DNA of 53,480 bases from an uncultured Candidatus Saccharibacteria bacterium. Lineage in GTDB: Bacteria > Patescibacteriota > Minisyncoccia > Phycocordibacterales > DSPV01. Each line of letters begins with the position of its first letter. The stretch's first letter is position 1. The position numbers and the translations under genes are program-made. Of the stretch, positions 48,583-53,480 are shown piece by piece. The notes under the pieces were generated by a model, which did not search any database, had not been told where the DNA came from, and worked only from the letters and a program-made list of their open reading frames with translations. The stretch lies in contig CAZNMD010000004.1 of NCBI GenBank assembly GCA_964574355.1, positions 1-53,480 of the forward strand. Direction: 5' to 3'.

Positions 48583-51015
48583 ATGGATGAAGTTAAACAG
48601 GTTTCAGAAAACACTGAACCAAAAACTGAGGTCTGGGATCGCGCCTCGTTTATTGTTATAGCGGTAGCCCTCTTTTTATTACCAATATTTTTTGTTCCTT
48701 CAACTTCCTTTCCGTTTCAATTAGGAAAGGCCTATTTGGCTATTGGTGCTGCAGTCCTCGCGTTTGGCTTCTGGATCATTGCTCGACTTAGAAAAGGTTC
48801 AATCTCTTTTCCCAAACACATTATTTATGTAACGATTGGTGGAGTAGTAGCTAGTCTTTTTCTGTCGACATTGTTTTCTGTAGGATTTTCTAAGTCCCTT
48901 GTTGGAAATGCAGATATTGCAACATTTGGCTTCATCGCGTCGATGTTTGCCCTTCTGTTTACAGTATCTTCCCAGGCTCGAACAAAAGATAGCATTTTCT
49001 ATCTCTATCTTGCCCTTTTCGCTTCGTTTCTTGTCGTTTCCCTCTATCATCTCGTTCGTCTACTTGGTGGTCCCGACACGCTTTCGTTTGGAGTGTTTAC
49101 AAGTGCTATTAGTAACACCGTTGGAAAGTGGAATGATTTAGGTATCCTTTTTGGGTTAGGGGCAGTGTTGTCGCTTGTCACTCTTGAGTTAGCAAAAGTA
49201 ACTGCAAAGTTGCGTTACGTGTTGTACGTTGTTCTCGCATTTTCACTGTTCTTCCTAACGCTTGTTAATTTTGTTTCTGTGTGGGCCGTTCTCGCTATCC
49301 TTTCTCTTGTGTTGTTTGTTTACCTCTTCCTTTTGGCACGACGCAAGGAAGCGGTTGAAGGTAAGAAAATGTTGCCGGTTATTCCTCTCATTGTGTTGGT
49401 TATTTCGCTTATCTTTGTTATTCCAACTGGTCGAGACGCTAACGGTCAGATGCGCTATGTTGGTTCAAAAGTAAATGATACGCTTTCCACAAAGTTTGGA
49501 ATTCTCCATCTCGAAATTCGACCAACATGGGGAGCAACAATGGACGTTGGTATCAGCGCCCTCAAGAAAGATCCTCTTTTGGGCGCAGGACCAAACCATT
49601 TTGTTTCTAGTTGGCTTCTTAATAAGCCGGCTGAAGTTAACGCGACAGCTTTCTGGAACACAGATTTTGCGTATGGTATTGGATTGATACCAACATTATT
49701 TGTGACAACTGGTATTCTTGGCATACTCGCGTGGATCGCATTTTTAGGTCTCCTTATATATGCTGGTTTTCGTGCGATTTTGTCGTTACCTGAAGATACT
49801 GATCAATTCAGTCGCTATCTAACTATTTCGTCTTATTTTGGAGCACTCTTTTTGTGGATATTCACAGTCTTCTATATTCCAAGTGTTGTTCCGGTTGTAC
49901 TCGCGTTTGTTCTTACGGGAATCTTTTTGGGATCACTGACTGAGGCCGGAGTTATAAAAACAAAAGAACTTTCCTTTATTGACAGTCCACGAGCTGGTTT
50001 CGCTTCAGTTATTACCCTCGTTTTTCTTCTTGTTCTTGCTCTTGCGACAGGGTACGTTTATACCCAAAAGATTCGTGGAGCGGTTGCTTTCCAAAAAGGG
50101 GTGATTGCGTTTAATGTTGGTGGAAATCCAACTCTTGCGGAGGAGCAATTTAAGAAAGCTGTTGCTGCCGATGAAGAAGATACGTACTATCGATTCCTTT
50201 CAGAGTTAACGTTGATTAAAATCAATAATTTGCTTGGACAAAATACGTCAGCAGTTAATTTAGAAAAGGCTCAACAAGAATTGTTGCAACTTTTTGGACA
50301 GGCAAAATTATATGCAGAAACTGCAAAGAATATTAACCCAACGAATTATCAAAACTGGTTAGCGTTGGGCCGCGTATATGAAGCACTTGTCCCTCTTAAG
50401 GTTGAGGGGGCTTATGCAGAGGCTGTTAAGGCGTATGACGAAGCATTGCTTCTTAACCCAACAAGTCCCGAGATTAATTTAACCAAAGCTCGTCTCGAGG
50501 TTGCTAATGGTAACAATAAAGGAGCTCGTGATTTTATTCGAACAGCCCTTGCCGCAAAACCAAACTACACTGAAGCTGTATTCTTCCTCTCACAAATTGA
50601 GGTGGCTGAAGGTAATATTAAAGAGGCGATTTCTTCGGTAGAGGCTTCAATCTTCCTTTCGCCAACTGAGCCAGTTCTTTACTTCCAGCTTGGCCTTCTT
50701 AAGTACAATACAAGTGATTATAAGGGGGCAATTGAGGCATTGGAACAAGCGGTTCGCTTGAACGGAAGTTATGCTAATGCTCGTTACTTCCTTGGTTTGT
50801 CTTATGATCGAGTTGGTCGAACAAGTGATGCTGTTGCTCAGTTTGAAGAGATCCAAAAGACTAATTCAGGAAATCAAGAAGTTGCCGATATCATTGCTAA
50901 CTTAAAGGCTGGCAAAGCTCCGTTCTCAACGTCTACGCGTCCTCCTGCTCGTAATACATTACCGGTTGAGGAATCAGGTAAGCTCCCTGGTACAGTTGAC
51001 GGTGTAGCTGAGTAG
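48583..51015 (+). CDS. O-antigen-ligase-like (Wzy_C-type) polytopic membrane protein with C-terminal TPR repeats
   Basis: At least 10 TM helices. Loop motif RPTWGATMDVGISALKKDPLLGAGPNHF. The C-terminal ~300 aa carry TPR-like repeats (YQNWLALGRVYEAL..., ARYFLGLSYDRVGR...). Confidence 0.6.
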   Translation: MDEVKQVSENTEPKTEVWDRASFIVIAVALFLLPIFFVPSTSFPFQLGKAYLAIGAAVLAFGFWIIARLRKGSISFPKHIIYVTIGGVVASLFLSTLFSVGFSKSLVGNADIATFGFIASMFALLFTVSSQARTKDSIFYLYLALFASFLVVSLYHLVRLLGGPDTLSFGVFTSAISNTVGKWNDLGILFGLGAVLSLVTLELAKVTAKLRYVLYVVLAFSLFFLTLVNFVSVWAVLAILSLVLFVYLFLLARRKEAVEGKKMLPVIPLIVLVISLIFVIPTGRDANGQMRYVGSKVNDTLSTKFGILHLEIRPTWGATMDVGISALKKDPLLGAGPNHFVSSWLLNKPAEVNATAFWNTDFAYGIGLIPTLFVTTGILGILAWIAFLGLLIYAGFRAILSLPEDTDQFSRYLTISSYFGALFLWIFTVFYIPSVVPVVLAFVLTGIFLGSLTEAGVIKTKELSFIDSPRAGFASVITLVFLLVLALATGYVYTQKIRGAVAFQKGVIAFNVGGNPTLAEEQFKKAVAADEEDTYYRFLSELTLIKINNLLGQNTSAVNLEKAQQELLQLFGQAKLYAETAKNINPTNYQNWLALGRVYEALVPLKVEGAYAEAVKAYDEALLLNPTSPEINLTKARLEVANGNNKGARDFIRTALAAKPNYTEAVFFLSQIEVAEGNIKEAISSVEASIFLSPTEPVLYFQLGLLKYNTSDYKGAIEALEQAVRLNGSYANARYFLGLSYDRVGRTSDAVAQFEEIQKTNSGNQEVADIIANLKAGKAPFSTSTRPPARNTLPVEESGKLPGTVDGVAE

Positions 51016-51032
51016 CGTCACACTGACCGTAT

Positions 51033-52712
51033 ATGGTCGGAAGGTTTTTCAAGTACCTTGAACGCGAAGTAAGCGGCCTCCATGAGGCCGCTTACTTGCT
51101 CGCGTTTTTTACGTTTTTATCACAGGTAGTTGCTGTTTTTCGAGATCGTTTGTTTGCACATCAATTTGGGGCCAATACGGTTTTGGATATTTACTATGCA
51201 GCGTTTCGCGTTCCGGATGTTATTTTTGCCTCAGTTGCATCTTTGGTTTCAATTTCAATTTTAGTTCCTCTTCTGGTTGAGGCTGGCAAGGATGGTACTG
51301 AAGGTGAACGAAAATTTATTGATAGTATTTTTTCTTTCTTCGCGCTTCTTATTGTTTCGGTTTCGGTGGTTATTTTTCTTCTCGCTCCAAAACTACTCGG
51401 ATTTCTTTTTCCTGCTCTTATAGAGGCAGGTCACGGGGTAGAATTAATTCTCGCAATGAGGATTATGTTGTTATCACCGATTCTTCTTGGTTTTTCAAAT
51501 TTCTTTGCGAGCGTAACACAGGTTAGAAAACGATTTGTTGCGTATGCTCTTGCACCTGTTTTTTATAATCTTGGCATTGTTGTTGGAGCTATCTTTTTCT
51601 ATCCCGCGTTTGGACAAAAAGGATTGGCTTTTGGGGTTGTGCTAGGGGCATTGCTTCACATGTCTATCCAACTGCCGTATCTTTTTCGTCACAAATTGAC
51701 TCCTCGTTTTTTACGGTTTGATTTGAGTATTGTAAAAAAAGTTATATCGCTTTCGGTATATCGTACAATTGCGTTATCTTCCACCCATATTGCGCTTATT
51801 GTTCTCACGGCGTTTGCGAGTGCATTTGCGGTTGGTTCTGTTGCAGTATTTAACTTTGCATGGAATATGCAATCAGTGCCGCTGGCTATGGTTGGAGTGA
51901 GTTATTCAATGGCCATTTTCCCAACTATTTCTCGCCTGTTTGCCGAAAAAAACAAAGAAGGATTTGTACGAGAAGTTGCTTCTGCCTCGCGACATATTGT
52001 TTTCTGGTCATTACCAATTATGGTTATGTTTATTGTTCTTCGCGCTCAGATTGTTCGTACGATTTTAGGATCAGGAGCATTTTCTTGGTCTGATACTCGC
52101 CTTACGGCTGCTGCGCTCGCCTTGTTTACAGTTTCAATTTTGGCGCAGTCATTATCTTTGGTTTTTGTACGAAGTTATTATGCAGCAGGGAATACAAAAA
52201 CACCTCTCATTATTAATGTAATTACCAGTGTTTTCATTATTTTGTTTGCATACACCCTTTCTTCTTTGATGCTTGCTGTTCCTTTTATTCGTGATTTTCT
52301 TGAAGCGTTATTACGCGTTGGTGATCTTTCTGGAACTGCCGTTTTAGTGTTGCCGCTTGCGTATTCTTTAGCTCTTTTGATTAACCTCGGTCTTTATGTT
52401 TGGCGTTTTGAATTTGATTTTGGTGGTTTTATCAAGCCGGTAACCGCAACATTTTTTCATAGTTTTTCAGCTTCAGTCATTGGGGGTTTTGTGGCGTATC
52501 TAGGATTAAACTTTTTTGATACCGTTTTTGATCTGACGACCGTTGTTGGTGTTTTCTTTCAGGGTTTACTGTCCGGTCTTATTGGTATTGTCGCACTTAT
52601 CGCAGTCCTTTATTTTTTGAAGAGTAATGAACTTCGTGAAATTGGCAAAGCCCTCCATCATCGTATTTGGAAAAAAGAATTGGCGGTCGGTGAACAAGAA
52701 ACTCCTCTCTGA
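51033..52712 (+). CDS. murJ: Lipid II flippase MurJ (MviN)
   Basis: LSQVVAVFRDRLFAHQFGANTVLDIYYAAFRVPDVIF matches the MurJ N-terminal pattern. About 14 TM helices. Confidence 0.8.
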   Translation: MVGRFFKYLEREVSGLHEAAYLLAFFTFLSQVVAVFRDRLFAHQFGANTVLDIYYAAFRVPDVIFASVASLVSISILVPLLVEAGKDGTEGERKFIDSIFSFFALLIVSVSVVIFLLAPKLLGFLFPALIEAGHGVELILAMRIMLLSPILLGFSNFFASVTQVRKRFVAYALAPVFYNLGIVVGAIFFYPAFGQKGLAFGVVLGALLHMSIQLPYLFRHKLTPRFLRFDLSIVKKVISLSVYRTIALSSTHIALIVLTAFASAFAVGSVAVFNFAWNMQSVPLAMVGVSYSMAIFPTISRLFAEKNKEGFVREVASASRHIVFWSLPIMVMFIVLRAQIVRTILGSGAFSWSDTRLTAAALALFTVSILAQSLSLVFVRSYYAAGNTKTPLIINVITSVFIILFAYTLSSLMLAVPFIRDFLEALLRVGDLSGTAVLVLPLAYSLALLINLGLYVWRFEFDFGGFIKPVTATFFHSFSASVIGGFVAYLGLNFFDTVFDLTTVVGVFFQGLLSGLIGIVALIAVLYFLKSNELREIGKALHHRIWKKELAVGEQETPL

Positions 52713-52771
52713 TTTATTTTTTAAACACGATGACCTTTATGTTTTTTAAAATAAATCTTTGCTTTTAATAT

Positions 52772-52806
52772 AAAAAACAACCCCGCGACAACTTTCATTG
52801 TGCGGG
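52772..52806 (-). terminator. Rho-independent terminator (minus strand)
   Basis: The minus strand reads CCCGCACAA tgaaag TTGTCGCGGG and then GTTGTTTTTTA. Confidence 0.6.
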
Positions 52807-52830
52807 ACAGTTTGTTGAACGTACGTAACC

Positions 52831-53127
52831 CTATCGGGTTCGTGCATTACCAAATGTGCTGAGGATAACTCCGATAGCTATTTCAGCAAAAATATCCCTT
52901 GGGTCCTGTGTGGGGAAGTATGCATGAGTTCCTACCTCAGAGGAGATGCTTTCGATTACGTGGCTAGGGAGTGCCGTTGCGTCAATCTGTCGTTCGTTGG
53001 CGTATGCTCTAAAACCACTTGCCCATTTTGCGGCCGCCTGGTCAGTATGGAATGGGCCTACTTTTGTCAAAATAGTTCCGTTGGTGAAATTCATTACGGC
53101 TACAAATATTGGTTTACATGTGTTCAT
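52831..53127 (-). CDS. Orphan hypothetical protein (98 aa)
   Basis: ORF with a downstream terminator. No recognisable motif and no obvious SD. Confidence 0.4.
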   Translation of the reverse strand: MNTCKPIFVAVMNFTNGTILTKVGPFHTDQAAAKWASGFRAYANERQIDATALPSHVIESISSEVGTHAYFPTQDPRDIFAEIAIGVILSTFGNARTR

Positions 53128-53235
53128 GGGTCTATGATCTTATGGATATGTATCATAATAATATTAACAAGTCAATTTTTGGGTTTATGAAAATATGCCT
53201 AGAAATAAGGAATTTTTGTGATAACATAGCCCAGT

Positions 53236-53480
53236 ATGGACCCAAAGCATATACGCAACTTCTCAATTATTGCCCATATTGACCACGGTAAATCAACCTT
53301 GGCTGATAGGCTTTTAGAGGCAACAGGGACAATTGAGGCTAGAAAAATGCGTGATCAGTATCTCGATACAATGGAACTCGAGCGGGAACGCGGTATTACG
53401 ATTAAAATGCAGCCCGTTAAGATGCGCTATGCATACAACGGCACAGATTATGTGTTTCATTTGATTGATACTCCTGGACA
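53236..53480 (+). CDS. lepA: Translation elongation factor 4 (LepA), N-terminal fragment running off the window
   Basis: My translation is [28 protein letters not shown]...[15 protein letters not shown]...HLIDTPG, covering the G1-G3 GTPase motifs. It is absent from the ORF track because no stop lies inside the window. Confidence 0.9.
   Translation, partial: MDPKHIRNFSIIAHIDHGKSTLADRLLEATGTIEARKMRDQYLDTMELERERGITIKMQPVKMRYAYNGTDYVFHLIDTPG

Noticed and set aside
1-53480. CRISPR arrays, IS elements, integrases, prophage genes or known defence genes; alternative genetic code
   Set aside because: No regularly spaced direct repeats were seen outside coding repeats. No transposase, integrase, RT, Cas or restriction-like motifs were recognised in any ORF. 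Conserved genes (groEL, nrdJ, rnj, the P-type ATPase) read through without in-frame TGA, so the standard code fits.

Overview
The window is a gene-dense, AT-leaning bacterial chromosome segment. ORFs stay long and intact under the standard code with TGA, TAA and TAG as stops, so I see no sign of UGA recoding. Recognisable housekeeping genes are rsmG, a PIN-PhoH (PhoH2-type) ATPase, RNase J, secG, groES/groEL, htpX, class II (B12-dependent) ribonucleotide reductase, RNase P RNA, murJ, the 5' end of lepA and one tRNA-Ser(GGA). Between them sit many small membrane-anchored or secreted proteins. These include PG-binding/FN3 proteins, a 7-repeat surface protein, Gmad2, LemA/DUF2207, DUF4349, DUF192, DUF2975/YozG, SdpI-like and thioredoxin-fold proteins, plus several orphan ORFs. 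This gene content, together with a SWIB-domain protein and the lack of biosynthetic operons, suggests a small-genome Patescibacteria/CPR-like organism; that placement is inference only. I found no rRNA, CRISPR array, transposase, integrase, recognisable phage gene or known defence gene. I also could not support any convincing novel multi-gene protein system. The features least explained by ordinary annotation are mostly at the RNA or micro-island level. (1) A promoter, a GC-rich structured leader and a strong intrinsic terminator precede a half-size MFS gene on the minus strand at about 42479-42781, which makes an unclassified riboswitch or attenuator candidate. (2) A stand-alone ~210-nt GC-rich candidate sRNA with its own promoter-like and terminator elements lies on the minus strand at 23283-23528. 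(3) A ~250-bp high-GC patch next to tRNA-Ser carries a 41-codon ORF with extreme GC3 bias at 41190-41450. (4) The RNase P RNA has an AT-rich ~76-nt expansion of helix P3. All product calls come from motif recognition by eye, and no searches were run.
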